This document shows positions 28,284 to 42,261 of a stretch of 64,000 nt of DNA, one piece after another. The notes beneath the pieces were generated by a model. The model did no database searches. It saw only the letters and a list, made by a program, of their open reading frames with translations, and was not told where the DNA came from. Source of the stretch: Eledone cirrhosa. Its lineage: Eukaryota. Where the stretch lies: contig OZ024740.1 in NCBI GenBank assembly GCA_964016885.1, positions 335,358,001-335,422,000 on the forward strand, read 5' to 3'. The position numbers and the translations under genes are program-made. How positions within the stretch are numbered: the stretch's first letter is position 1; each line of letters starts with the position of its first letter.

Positions 28284-29335
28284 TATTTGTACTAGACAAC
28301 TATACTTCTCGTCGTAGTTTCATTTTTACCATCTTTTGAATATATAGTTACACACATCATCTTATCCTTTTTTTCATCTATATTTGTCCTATGCGAGTCT
28401 TTCCTACAGGTAGCAAATTACATGTTACATAATTATGTATTCATTTAATATTTTATAAATAAATAAAGTTTATTTTATTATGATGGTGTCCATAGCACCA
28501 TGCATTTTGAAAATATACAAATCCGATTTGAATGAGTTCAAGTTAAATTCCAATTGAGTCAGTTAAACAAGTTTCGCTAGGTGTTTCAACATTTTTGCAA
28601 CTAATTCTAACATTTACAATATTATATTCATGTAATTGCGTAAAGTATATTTGTTGCTTTCATCAGCCACAAAGGCTGAAGAATATGAATTATCGTGCAA
28701 TTCTTCTAATGGTATAAGTGTAACGAATATCTCTTTTGCATGCCACTCAATCGTGACTGATCTCTTTTATCCAATCATTTAAATTATCTGTTTTTCTATT
28801 TCTCTATCTTTCTTCCTATCATTTCCATACTGATCCACCATCCACACCCTCAAATTCAACAGACAGCTCTATGTGCTGAGATTATACAGGATACAATTCT
28901 AGTCTTAACTTCATTGTACCTTTCCTACCAAATAATATAAAGGCAGATAAACGAAACAGAATATCCGTAAGATTGTAATATGTTGGTTATGGAAAGAAGG
29001 AAAAGTTGAACTGAGGAGGTAAACTTCCATTATTAATCCATTCATGGCACTTTTTAAACATTAATGATTTTTATAATCCGCTAGAGTAATGATTTTTATA
29101 ATCTGCTAGACACATGCTATATACAAGTTTGTATCTCTGATCAAACCCGACATCTAAAAGCAAGCAGTTATGTTAATCTAAACATGTAGAAAACCTTTAA
29201 ATATAAAATACAAATTTAAATATCTTTACATACGATTAATGATATTCTAATCTTTATGTTATATTAAATACAACAATATTATTTCTATATCCATGTCATT
29301 TTATTCAGAAGAAGGGCTGCAGCTATAATATTCAG

Positions 29336-29583
29336 GCCACGGCTCTGGTGCAAGAGTGAAAATATCGTCAGACCCGAGACCTGTCCCAAATGCTTGCAAC
29401 AGAGTTGACACCAGCGTTGACACCAGTAGTGATGTTGTACTGGACGATTACGTCTACCACATACTAACAGATACAATCCAGTCTATCAGCTTCCAAACAG
29501 TTTCCATTTACCATATTAACTTCGTAACATCTGAACCAAGTGATTGCGAAACTACTGTCTTAGCTATAACGAGATTTTGTTAA
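29336..29583 (+). other. Possible terminal coding exon (unverified)
   Basis: Non-repetitive, less AT-rich open frame (..HGSGARVKISSDPRP..DDYVYHILTD..ETTVLAITRFC*) after a TATTCAG acceptor-like site. No homolog recognised. Confidence 0.2.
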
Positions 29584-30550
29584 ATTCCATTTCCATTCAG
29601 CCGTAATAGTACAACTGATGCGCTCGTCTACACTTAATGCATTTCATATATTCAAAAGCTACCAGCTAATGATTAATCATTCATTAATCATGCAGAATTT
29701 CTACAGGGTAGAGTAGTAAAGAAAACTCTCTTTCAAGTTATAGTTAAGTGCACGTAAATTTAAGTATCTGGATAATACATATCGTATGAGTGCAACTCAC
29801 ATATTGAATTAACCAGGTACAAATTGTATAAACGTTATCTAAATTTACACTGTAGTCATTCATATAAAATAGATGTGTACAGCATTGTACAAAAAGAGGG
29901 CGTTAACACTGTGATAAGAGATGATTGTGGTCAAAATTTGATTAATTTCAATTTTGTGCATTGTTGGTTGGGTAGGGCAGTAGTGGATGGGCCTATGGCT
30001 TTACAGGACCTCCAAAGCAGGTGGAATAGATGCAGTTAATATTTTTAAATAACCGAAGGGAATTCAGGAGATTTGATGTCCAGGGGAAGAAAGAATGAGG
30101 AGCTAGAGTCAGGATCGGAGTGGACAGAATATCGATGACGATGGAAGAACAAATGAATGGGCCAAGTGGGCCTCATTAGTAATGGATCAAACGGATTGAC
30201 TGTAGCATAGTGGATGGGAGTGCTTGTGAACGCTGTAGTGCAAGGAAATATCTTTCCTGTTTCATATAATAGACAATCAGACGTCTTATTGCTGTGTATA
30301 GGCCGTTCAGTTTGTAAGTTTAATACTATTCATTTTGCAGCTTCTTTTATTCAATTAAATCCTTACGGTGTTAATAAAGAACATACAACATAAGAAGCGC
30401 AGTGCCCGATCCACTAATCCCACAACTCAATCCTCAAACCTCCCAGAAGACAACAGTACACCGTACCAGTAAAGCTTACTTGAGAGGGTTGTTTTTATAG
30501 ATGTTGTTATTATTAATGTTGTTTTTGTTGTTTCTTCTTCTTCTTATTCT

Positions 30551-30582
<32 letters not shown>

Positions 30583-32639
30583 TTCTTCTTCTTCTTCTTC
30601 TTCTTCTTCTTCTTCTTGCTGTTGTGTTTGTTACTGTTTAGCCGCAAATGAGTCCTGATTAATCGATCCATGATGCAATGCATATTCTAACTATGAAACC
30701 ACAATCCTTATTTCCAACATTCCTTATCTAAGTCTACATAAACTTTCAGAAAACATTAAAGTTTAACTTGGCTGTTATTTCTAAACGTTCAATGAACTGA
30801 CGCGTGCCTCTCTCATTGGTTTGCAATAGAGGTAGTATTACTGAATTGGAGAAATTAAAACGCAGAATTATTTTTATGAAGCAACATCTGGCATTGGCAT
30901 TATCGACTATGGTTTCAAGCAGTCTAAATGATTGAGCAAATATTTGCCAAATTGATTGTATGATAGCGTTCATAAGTGCTGCCATAAACTTGATAGGTGT
31001 TACCTTCTGGTGTAAAAAATCTTCAACATAATTCTATAAGCAAACACAGCCTTGTAGATAAGATTTCTTTTCGGTCATACAAATCCTACCGAACAATGGG
31101 ATTGGAATAAAGTATCAAATAACATTTTCGTTATTTGATATCTAATAAAGTTAATTTTACAACATATCGTCCAATTAATTGTATTGGAGAAGTATAATTA
31201 TCTAGGGAGTTCAACGTATGAAGAATTGTTATATACGGCAGCAAATCATGCATACCATAATCTGACCATTCACCTAAAGGTAATTAGTGAATGACTTTCT
31301 ACTGTTCACACCAATTCATCACTAGGGAACTTGAAACCATAGCTCAATTCAGCAAAAGACAAAGTTACTTCGATAGTTGAAGCGATGAAACATATTTATC
31401 TATAATACAAAAATTCAGCTCAATACACTGCCCCATTGAGTGTTAACCCTTTCATGACCATATTTCCATGATATTCGATAATTTTAAAAATATTTCTTTT
31501 TATACCGCGACGATTTTAATTATGTAACTCATATTCATATCATTAAGCTGATGTTTGGAACATAACTTAACAAGCGATCTCATATAAATTTACATGGATG
31601 CTTTTAAAGTAAACCATCTAACATCGTATGAACGAGTGGGATTTCTGGTAGTTGCAGGCGGCACGTCCTTCGTTCTAAGAACCAGGTGCTGTTACAAGAT
31701 TCGTTTCGTTTGCATTGGATTTCAGCGTTACGACTGTAGTGTGTAGTGTGTAGATAGATATAAAAGTTTGTACATATGCTGCAACACTAACTTCGACTCT
31801 TTTAAATATATATATGTGTGTATGTATGTATATATGTATGTATATATGTACGTATATATGAAGGTATAGATGTATATACACATGCGTGTATATTTCTCAT
31901 AAACGTATGTCAGAGGAAACAGTAAACATCGACGACAAAACCAATAAACCGGTGTTTTGAACGGCAATTTTCGTGTGACATTTTTATTTGCTGAAATTGC
32001 AATGACAACCCCTCATCACTCTCATAATTTTAAATGACCGTCTCGTTGGGTAATCAAACATGTTATTGTGAAATAACTGTGCTATATGTATATATATATA
32101 ATCATACAAAACAAAATATTTTCTTTACATCTCCACTAGTAATAATTGAGATTGAGATAGATAATTTTTATATTTGTAGTTTGTTCATATCTTTGGCTAT
32201 TATCACTATAACTCATCGTGTTACGGTACTGAGATCTGCGTTAGTAACATTTTATAATTCACCACTGAGGTATATTAAATCAAATATCAAATATCGAACA
32301 TCAAAGGGTGGTGGAATTGCATCAAAGTTAGAATACCAATCTGAATAACTTGCAGCATGTCATCACGTCTCTTTAGATACTGATTAAAAATACCACCGAG
32401 GCCATCTATTGGTAACACAACTTCCGAGGTCGATGAAATAAATACCAGTGAAGTAATACCTTCGATTAAAGCGCCCAATGTAATATCCCCATAATTTGTG
32501 ACTTTGTACCCTCTTATATCAGAAATTGTATTTTATCAAACACAGTATGATTGCAATCTCTATATATCTATAAGAAAAATCAGTGAGTGAGGGTATCGTG
32601 GTTTAAAGCAACAGATCAAAGAATTAAAAGTAGAAATGA

Positions 32640-32644
<5 letters not shown>

Positions 32645-32716
<72 letters not shown>

Positions 32717-32867
32717 AGAGTTCTACATGCACGATGATTTTGATCCTGGTCTGTATTATCATGATGAATATAATAATAACTTTTCACATTAGCAAAAGGT
32801 CAAAACTAGAATCAAAGCTAATATAGCATCGCCATATTACCAACCGATTTAAGGAAAGCAGCAGCAG

Positions 32868-32931
<64 letters not shown>
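32645..32931. repeat. Two (TAG)n tracts, representative of many microsatellites: (TA)n throughout, (CTA)n ~24637, (CTT)n ~30535-30617, (TAG)n ~58447
   Basis: Direct reading. Confidence 0.95.
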
Positions 32932-32932
<1 letters not shown>

Positions 32933-33769
32933 AAAATTATCACCACCACCCCAATCAAGTCCATAAACTGATTTCTAATTTAGACACAAGGGCAACAATT
33001 TGTAGCGAGGAGGAAATTCGATTATATTGACCCCAGTATTTGATTGATGCTTTATTCTATTAACCTCAGAAGGATGAAAGGCAGAAACTGAACTCGGCGT
33101 GACTTGAATTCAAACTATAAAGAGCCAGAACAAAAACCGCAATGCAATTTTATCCAACGAACTACAAATTCTACTCTCGCACATACTATGTCATTGGTTT
33201 AGAAGTAATATGACCCAGGAAAGATTTGTCTCCTTCAACAGTAATTGAATATATAAATAAAAAATTGTCTCAAATGTAATAGAACGCCCACTCAAAAAAA
33301 AAACAGTTCAACGCTCAAAGGCGTGAGCTAAAAATCCCTGATATTTCTGTTATTTAGATCCTGGACAGCCCTGACCATGCAGACATATATCTAAATATAT
33401 TCCAACGGTCAGTAATCCGTTTGTCTCCTATGATTAAAGATCTAAAGACTACATTATTCCAGGTATCCATTTCTAAGACAGCCGAGACTGGTTAAGTAAG
33501 GGTTGACTGATGTTCCTAAGATATCAAGATTTTTACACAGTGGCTAATTCGTTACACGCAATGATGACCTCTTATTGCGATCAACATATATAATATCAAG
33601 GAAATTGTATCAGAAGATCTAGGATTTGTCTTCAGAGTCAGATAAAGCTTCTGAACTGATCGGCTGATGACCTGCCAAGCTGAACTAGACAATACATTGA
33701 ATTACTGCTCAATGTATCAGCGGAAATCTTGTTCATCAACAATGTTTTCCCTCGTGGCATAGACCAGGC

Positions 33770-34672
33770 ATCAGATATGCTATATGCAGCTAGGATCAAC
33801 ATAATCTTTTCTCTATGGATGGAATCAAAAGCCTTTTTTGATGTCAATGAAAGCCAGTACAGCTTTCCGTTTCTTCCATCGGAAGCATTCTAGTAGCCTC
33901 AGCAGTGTCAATATTTGCGAGACAGACGATCTATTCTTTGTGAAACCATTTCGTGTTTAGATGTTGTCCAAGTTTTGTCTAGATGTTGTTCTATTCCGTT
34001 TAGTAGTATTATGTTTTAGATCGTAGCTGCACCTACTGACAAAGTAATTCTTCTGTAATTTACTGTATTTCCCAGGTCACCCTCCTTGGGTAGAGGCACT
34101 ATTCTTCATTTATCTCCAGATTTTCTCTAGATCTCCTTTGAATGTCTGTTGATAGATTTCAAGCAACTCATCATCGTTCATACGTACTTTCTATATTTCT
34201 TCTTTTTCTGTCCTACTTTTCTTCTTATACTTAACTTCCAAATCAGTGAGATTATTTTTCATTTAAAAGATCCAACAATACTTCTCCATTGCTGAATGTT
34301 TTCTTATGAAAGCACTTGAGAAGAATCTAGATGGTGCGTAAACTAATATGCTTTCATTTGTTATACCTCAACGCATAAAAAATGAAAGTTTATAAGGAAA
34401 CTTGCCCAAAATAACAACTATAATTGCTTCAAGATGGTTGCGATTTGCGTACATTGCTGGAGAAGTAAGCAGGAAGTTATACACAAGCTACTATTGTGGA
34501 AACAAACTAACGGGAGACGCAGAAGAGGAGGACCTGCTCAAATATTCATCGACCAGCTCTCAGACAATACAAACCTCAATATGAGGAAATTGCCAGGAAC
34601 AATAGAAAATCGTGAATTGTGGAGAGACTGTGGAGAGTCAGGAATGTTCGACTGTTGTCGCAATGATGATGA
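33770..34672. mobile_element. Decayed RTE-like LINE: inverted RT fragment (- strand, ~33770-34190) joined to the 3' end (+ strand, ~34310-34672)
   Basis: Minus: LPKEGDLGNTVNYRRITL..NGFTKNRS..KKAFDSIHREK. Plus: LPKITTII..HCWRSKQE..LLLWK..GRRRRGGP..FIDQL..NRELWR, then a (GAT)n tail. Confidence 0.75.
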
Positions 34673-35062
34673 TATCAGTGGAAAGGCTGCTTCTACTTAT
34701 ATACATTTTCTAGATCCCATCCGAAACATTCATTTAACAACATTCTACAAATTCTATCTCACAAGAATTTTCATATTTCTTTGTTTTTTTGCAACACTAC
34801 TACATTTTTCTATCTTTTATCTTACCACCCAGTCTCATATCCTTCTCCTCTCGCCCTTTATTTGGCACCATTCCTGACGCCATTCACTAATGTTGTCACT
34901 CAAGCATTCACATTCAGAATGATAAGCCTCTAAAGCACTTTCAAGTCCATATACAAACGTTCAAGAAGAACGAATGAATTAGGTGTGACATTGCGTATAT
35001 TTTAACTCTGGCATAGCGTAATTATTTTAATTTCAAATAGCTACATATCGTAAAAATAAATA

Positions 35063-35200
35063 TAATTGTTTCTACTTTTGCCACAAGGCCAGCAATTATA
35101 TCAGTGCATTATTGGTACTTTATTTTATCGACCCCGTAAGGATGAAAAGCAAAGTTAACCTCGACAGGATTTTAACTCAGACCGCAGAGGGACGTAACCC
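35063..35200 (-). mobile_element. SINE family A
   Basis: TAATTGTTTCTACTTTTG..TTTATCGACCCCGTAAGGATGAAA..GTTAACCTCG. Confidence 0.85.
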
Positions 35201-35506
35201 TATTCACCCGACCCTAAAGTTAACCCGACAGCGTCTATGTAAACGCTCGATCTGCTGGAAATAACAGCCACATTTCCTTTAATCCAAAACCTATCTTAAA
35301 AAGAGCAAACACTTAATGTAGTCCTACATACACCCCGCAAAATGTGTTATCATGGCTACATGATTCTCATCATGTCTGCTCGATCTTCGTTGACATGGGA
35401 TTAAACAAGAACAGCATATCTTAAACGATGTTGTAGCAAATATCTTCTAGTAAACAGATTGTAATGTCCTCGCCTGTCGTCAATTGGTATAATTATATAT
35501 ACTACA

Positions 35507-35615
35507 GTTCAAATCCCGCCGAGGTTGACTTTGCCTTTCATCCTTACGGGGTCGATAAAATAAAGTATCAGTAATACACTGGGATAATTGCTGGCCTTGT
35601 GCCAAAAGTAGAAAC
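35507..35615 (+). mobile_element. 5'-truncated SINE family A with 16-bp TSD
   Basis: Starts inside the B-box (GTTCAAATCCCGCC); TSD AATTATATATACTACA at 35491-35506 and 35616-35631. Confidence 0.88.
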
Positions 35616-37060
35616 AATTATATATACTACATAACGATAGGTTTTATACAACTCTTACAAACTTTGAAATGTAAAATTATATTTTTATATAAGATTGAGT
35701 TATTTTACTTCATATAATGTCAGTTAATCTCCATTAATTTGACTATTTCATTCGAATGATAAATTTTCCAATAGTTCATAAATGTTCTTAAAAAGAAATT
35801 TATTTGCCAACATATTTTAAAGTCTATTTGGCTGAATTATTTATGTAGGGAGTGAAGATAATTTCTAACAAACAACACTAAAATATATTATATATCGTTT
35901 CAGAACATTTTAAACTGTTTTATATTAGGACTACAAGTTATTTTGGTATAGTTGATGAAGTATACATTAACTAGAGAACTCCACAAATGTCATTTAGGCG
36001 CATTGTTGCTCTGATGAAGTATGATATTACAGTTCTTGTACTGCAATACGTATATCATACTTTTAACTGTGGTAATTATTTATTTCGGAAAGCTATATTC
36101 TAGCCCAAAGTTAGCTAAGGTTTCAACTTCTAGTTAGTCACATAGACATTTGATGAGGATCATTAAGTAAATATTGTTCTGCCGAATGAAAGGAAAATTC
36201 CGAGATAGCATCGGGGCAAAATAAATCCGCTCCTACACTGATTAACTTCTCAAACTAGAGATTTTCGGTAACGTGTGAACAATAAACTAAATTAGAAACA
36301 AACTGCTATAATTAAATGATTGTTCATTCAATGGAACATTTGAAACTTTACATTAGGAAAGCAGGCAGTGGAATTGGTTGTGTAATTGGAATGTATTATA
36401 TATCATCTATATCACAGAGGCTGGGCAGTACAGTGAGGTAAAAATTCATAAATATAGTTATGAAGCAATGCACAGAAAATTAAAACAACGATGTTTCCTT
36501 GAAATATACATTACTTTGAGCAGCTATATTAATCTCCACCCTAAGGAATATAAGAAGTCAAAGAAATATCAGATGACGTTGTAACGTACAACTGATATTT
36601 AATTTAACTATTTTTTTAATGCGTTAACCTATGTAGAAGGAAAAGAGCAATTAAACTTTGTAGTGGTCATAAGCTGGTTCGATTGAAGTGGCTGATGTTC
36701 AGCAGAGACAGATGTGGCCCTCGTATGACGATGAGAAAACCGTTACACACGGTCAAACAGATCAGGGGAACTCAGTTTAAGCATTTATATAGGACAGATC
36801 GAGATGCTTGACCCTACGAGATCTGATAGAACAGCCAGATTAACAACGCGACAAAATTTAGTATGTATATATTTATATATATATATACTTGTATGGTTGC
36901 ATGAAAAATGCGTCCGTAGACGGTATGCCGTTTGAGCAGTCGATGTTCACGCAGAACATCAGTGGATTCACTGTTGCATCATAATATATTTAATAACATA
37001 TGTAATATGTTATGATGCAACCCTGAATCCTTCTTCCTTATCCTATGGTATATATATATA

Positions 37061-37110
37061 TATTATCTGATGACCCTGTGATAACCAGGAGAAATTTCAG
37101 AGTAACAAGA
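37061..37110 (+). ncRNA. Hammerhead relic (5' strand of helix I lost)
   Basis: CUGAUGA-C-CCUG-ugauaac-CAGG-A-GAAA-UUUCAGAG-UA-ACAAGA, directly after (TA)n. Confidence 0.6.
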
Positions 37111-37626
37111 CGCACGTTTTAACCTTAATAATATTGAATATATATACACACATATATAGTTAATATTATTCATTAATTGATGTCCTGCGAAATCGTGATA
37201 TATATCGAATACGTTATATACAGCTTACAGTTTATCATTTATTCTAAATCTTTCAAACTTAGACTAAATTTAGCTAATCAGCAGAGCTTAAACTACAATA
37301 TTCATCCTGAATTGGCATTGTATAAAGCTGTAGTTTGAAGATCTTGTACTATGATGAATTAGCATTAAAGTATTCTTTAGTAAATTACAGACAAGATCGA
37401 CATCGATCATGGTATTAGAGATATTATGTGCGTGGTCACATGAAAGTTTCCTACTGACTCTATATTAATTATAATTATGCTCGATTCTTGTAGAACGGTC
37501 ATACTTTCTTTAGCTTTTTAAATTATTATTCATTTTTACATTTACGATAAAATGGCCGAGAAACCTGCGACGATGAAAACTGTCTCTATCTGATTCTTTC
37601 GCTCCTCTACCACGCTTGCTTTATAC

Positions 37627-37702
<76 letters not shown>

Positions 37703-37742
37703 CTGTGTGTGTGTATGTATGTATATATTATATATATGTATG

Positions 37743-37803
<61 letters not shown>

Positions 37804-37875
37804 ATATATATATATATTTATATATGTATATATATATATTTTATATATATATATATATATAAACATTTATATATT

Positions 37876-37969
<94 letters not shown>

Positions 37970-38758
37970 TGTCTGTGTGTTTTGTGTTTTGTGTGTATGT
38001 GTGTGTGTGTGTATGGGTGTGTATGTGTGTGTCTGTGTGAAGAGGGGTTATTCAAATCACGAAGCAGCATTCATCCTGCTGCCAAAAATGGCAAAATATT
38101 TCAGCTGGAGATATTTAAAGAACTACAATCAATCTTTATGTACTTCGTTAGCCACAATTTTGACTTCTGATAATGGCCAGTTTCGTGATGAAAAAAAAAG
38201 GGAAGAAGCTGGTTAGTGTTCAAACTGTAAAGAGATAAGTAACAACAACAAATACAATAACAGCAACATTTGCAACAACGACAAAAGTAAGAGCAGCAAT
38301 TCGAAGAACAAAATATATATATATATATTTTAAAAAGATATAAAAATAAGGTAACTACAAGACGAGAGGGGAAACATCAAAAAGAAAAATAATAAATATA
38401 GTAAAGAATATATAGATATTCAAACAGGAAATGATTACACAAGAGCACAATGGAAGCATCAGAATGCAACAGCGCAAATTGTCTGAAGGAATCAATTAGC
38501 TATTCTCAAACGTGGTTGAATTTCCAAAAGCCAGTTCCATATATAGATATTTGAAATGTAATTGAAACCAATTCAAAGAGCAGACGATCTTTTAAGACAT
38601 CACCAGTAATAATGATATCTACTCAAAACAAATATATGTTACGTGCCGACATACTAATAGAAAGAATACGATACATATCTGTGCTTAGAGAGGCATACGT
38701 ATATATTATGTGTGTGGGTATGTATTTATGTTTATACGTGTGCATGTGTAAGTGTGGA

Positions 38759-38888
<130 letters not shown>

Positions 38889-38933
38889 CGTGTGTGTGTG
38901 TGTATATATTATATTATATATATATGCATACAT

Positions 38934-38971
<38 letters not shown>

Positions 38972-39350
38972 GTGCATATATATATATATGTATATATAAT
39001 AAAATGTTATAGTTTGCTTGAAGCATTATATACATACATATATATATATATATATGTGTGTGTATGTGTGGGGAGGGGGTACATACTGAAAAATCAGAAT
39101 TGTAACTGTGTGTAGGTGTGTAAGGGCAGAGTGGCTGTAAATATGTATGCTTATATGTATTCAAGTTTACATGCACGCAGTGCATGTAAATATGTATGCA
39201 TATATGCATTCAAGTTTGCATGCACGCATGTACGTACCGTTGCATGTATGCACAATGCCAGCTAAATATGGATATCTAAATGAATATGTAATTATTTAAA
39301 ATTATATAGGCATTTGATGTTCCCTTAATATATCTCTCCCTGTCTCCCCC

Positions 39351-39457
<107 letters not shown>

Positions 39458-39969
39458 AGTGATTGCGTATGGATGTATGTATGTATAAGTGGTTTAACAA
39501 GTACTTGAAATAAATCTTCATGTAAGTTATATGGCTCAATACTTCTTATTTTGTCAATTGGTGTACTTCTGCAGAAAGCTTTTAGTCTTTGCCATTAGGT
39601 AGCTGTTTATAACTAAGTGTAATTCGGTCTATTAAAGAAAAATTGCAGTTATCTTCGTCAGAATATATATCAATTGATAGTATTTATAATTTTGACTTTG
39701 GAACTTTCCATTAAAACATTTTTTGGTTTGAAACGTTGTCCTCAGTTCTCTAAAGTAGAGTACTATACTGTTGTTCTCTGTGTCGTCAAACTACATTTTA
39801 AGCTTGACTTAATTGTATTGCGGTTGGTAATTTTAAAATGTGTTCGAAATTAAAACTTCACCACTTCGATAATCATAGTTTCTCGTTTTTATAGTGGATT
39901 AATCAAAATTAAGAACAAGGAAGTAGGCAATCCAGAGTTTTAAATAAGCAAACATAGATACATAATAAT

Positions 39970-40099
39970 TGTTTGTACAGAAAGTATCCCAGTGCATTAC
40001 TGGTACTTTATTTTATCGCCCACGTAAGGATGAAAGGCAAAGTTAACCTCGATGGGATTTGAACTCAGACCATAAAGGGCCGTAACTCTATGCTGTTAT
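39970..40099 (-). mobile_element. SINE family A with TSD
   Basis: Family core in reverse; TSD ACATAGATACATAATAAT at ~39952-39969 and ~40100-40117. Confidence 0.85.
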
Positions 40100-40501
40100 A
40101 CATAGATACATAATAATAATAAATTTTCTGATCGAAAATGTATGAACTACCTCCAGAAAATATTTCTCTTCTTTTCAGATATGAATTCCTTTCATATTTG
40201 ACGTAAATATCTCCTATCAGAAACATCTTTGATTTCACGCTTTACCAGCACACGAGTATAAGCAGGTGCATCACTATTTGAGATTTTGTGGCTAAGCCTT
40301 TGCAAGCAATGTCTTGAAACGGATATAAGATGGAAGAAGAAAGACATTTAGTAGGAAGTAGTCGATTTGAAGATATTATGGATTTTACAAATGCAAAGAA
40401 AAAAAAAAAGGAACAGATTTATTAGAGAAATAATGTGATTGCTAAACCTCTTCCTGTTACTATAGCCTACTAAATTTCTGGGTCATTCGGAATTACTATA
40501 A

Positions 40502-40724
<223 letters not shown>

Positions 40725-40993
40725 TAAATCATGTCCTTAGATAAAATATATACCATTTCCTCTCCCAATTAGCATAATTAACCATATAAAAAATCAATTA
40801 GACCAGGCTATAAGAATAAAGGCTCCTATGAAGAAATATTTGATAAATAACCGAAAGCGGCCTCTTCGAGGTTGACCACAATAGAGTATTTACCCAACAT
40901 TTCAACAGCATGTAGAAACTGACTAAATATACCGTCAACCATACACAATTAGGTATAAATTTAAAGTTAGAAGAAACGTGTACATACCGTAGT

Positions 40994-41050
<57 letters not shown>

Positions 41051-41053
<3 letters not shown>

Positions 41054-41951
41054 ATCCCCACTGAAAGGTTTCGTGAAATAGTCTTTTCAATACTATACAG
41101 AGCATTTGTAGTTGTTCCAAATTGAAGGATGAGTATTTTAAACTTTATTTTATCATGAGTTAAGGCTCTATTGATTTTTCCCTGGATTTCACTAAATTCT
41201 GTTGGATAAATCTATATCCCGATTCTTTTTGAATTGAGTTTGAATTATTTTTCCCACATCTTACGTTAACTATTTTCCCATTTTGACACTATACTCACTT
41301 ATATATTATGGAATACTGTTGGCTTCTTGCTATACTTTTCATTTATACATTTATACTCGGATTTCTTTCCTAGAGTGCTTAAATTATTTGTGACTAATCC
41401 CGGTATGTTTTTTTTTTTAAACCGCGATAATATTGCTTTTTGCTGAACTCCTTATTGTAGAGATTTTCGGAATGTTTTTGACTGTTGTTTCATGTAAACA
41501 AACATTCGTCTCATTCTGACGTCACCAGCCCTGTTTTTCAACATGTGCATTTTATTTTCATAATCACGCATGATGTTAAACTAGCCTGCTTTTAAATTCC
41601 CTTTTTGGCATATTAATCAGTGAGATATTGGTTATCATGTTGAGCTCTGCTGACGATCGAATTCCAACCGTGACCATCCCCACTGAAAGTTTTCGTGAAA
41701 TAATCTTTTCAATACTATACAAAGCATTTGTAGTTGTTCCAAATTGAAGGATGAGTATTTTAAACTTTTTTGATTTTTCCCTGGATTTCACTAAATTCTG
41801 TTGGATAAATCTATATCCTGATTCTTTTTGAATTGAGTTTGAATTATTTTTCCCACATTTTACGTTAACTATTTTCCCATTTTGACGCTATACTCACTTA
41901 TATATTATGGAATACTGTTGGCTTCTTGCTACAATAATTTCTATACTTTTC

Positions 41952-41957
<6 letters not shown>
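41051..41957 (+). mobile_element. Partial tandem (period ~622 bp) of a non-coding hammerhead-bearing unit
   Basis: 41051-41347 is repeated at 41673-41957 with small indels; (TA)n on both sides. Confidence 0.85.
41644..41725 (+). ncRNA. Type I hammerhead with real helix III (two mismatches in this copy)
   Basis: GCUCUG-CUGACGA-U-CGAA..UUCG-U-GAAA-UAAU-cuuuucaau-ACUA-UA-CAAAGC. The upstream copy (41075-41103) retains the perfect UAGU/ACUA and CAGAGC strands. Confidence 0.75.
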
Positions 41958-41982
<25 letters not shown>

Positions 41983-42013
41983 ACAAAAAGGTTATCGCTC
42001 TACATGGCTGCAT

Positions 42014-42259
42014 ACAATAAATATAATCTAATTTTTCGAATATTAATAATAATATTCGATTTGTTTGCAATTATGCAAATAGCCTCTTTTAAGCCATGTC
42101 AGTAGAATGAGCCCCTCATTCTTGCTCTTGTGTTGGCATGTAAGAGCAAGAATGAGAGGCTCATTCTACTGATTTGGCTTAAAAGAGCTGTTTTTTATAA
42201 TTGCAAATGAATCAAATATTATTATTAATATACGAAAAACTCAGATTACATTTATTATA
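42014..42259. mobile_element. Foldback MITE-like palindrome (~115-bp arms)
   Basis: AATAAATATAATCT..CAGTAGAATGAGCCCCTCATTCTTGCTCTT / AAGAGCAAGAATGAGAGGCTCATTCTACTG..AGATTACATTTATT. Confidence 0.8.
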
Positions 42260-42261
42260 TA

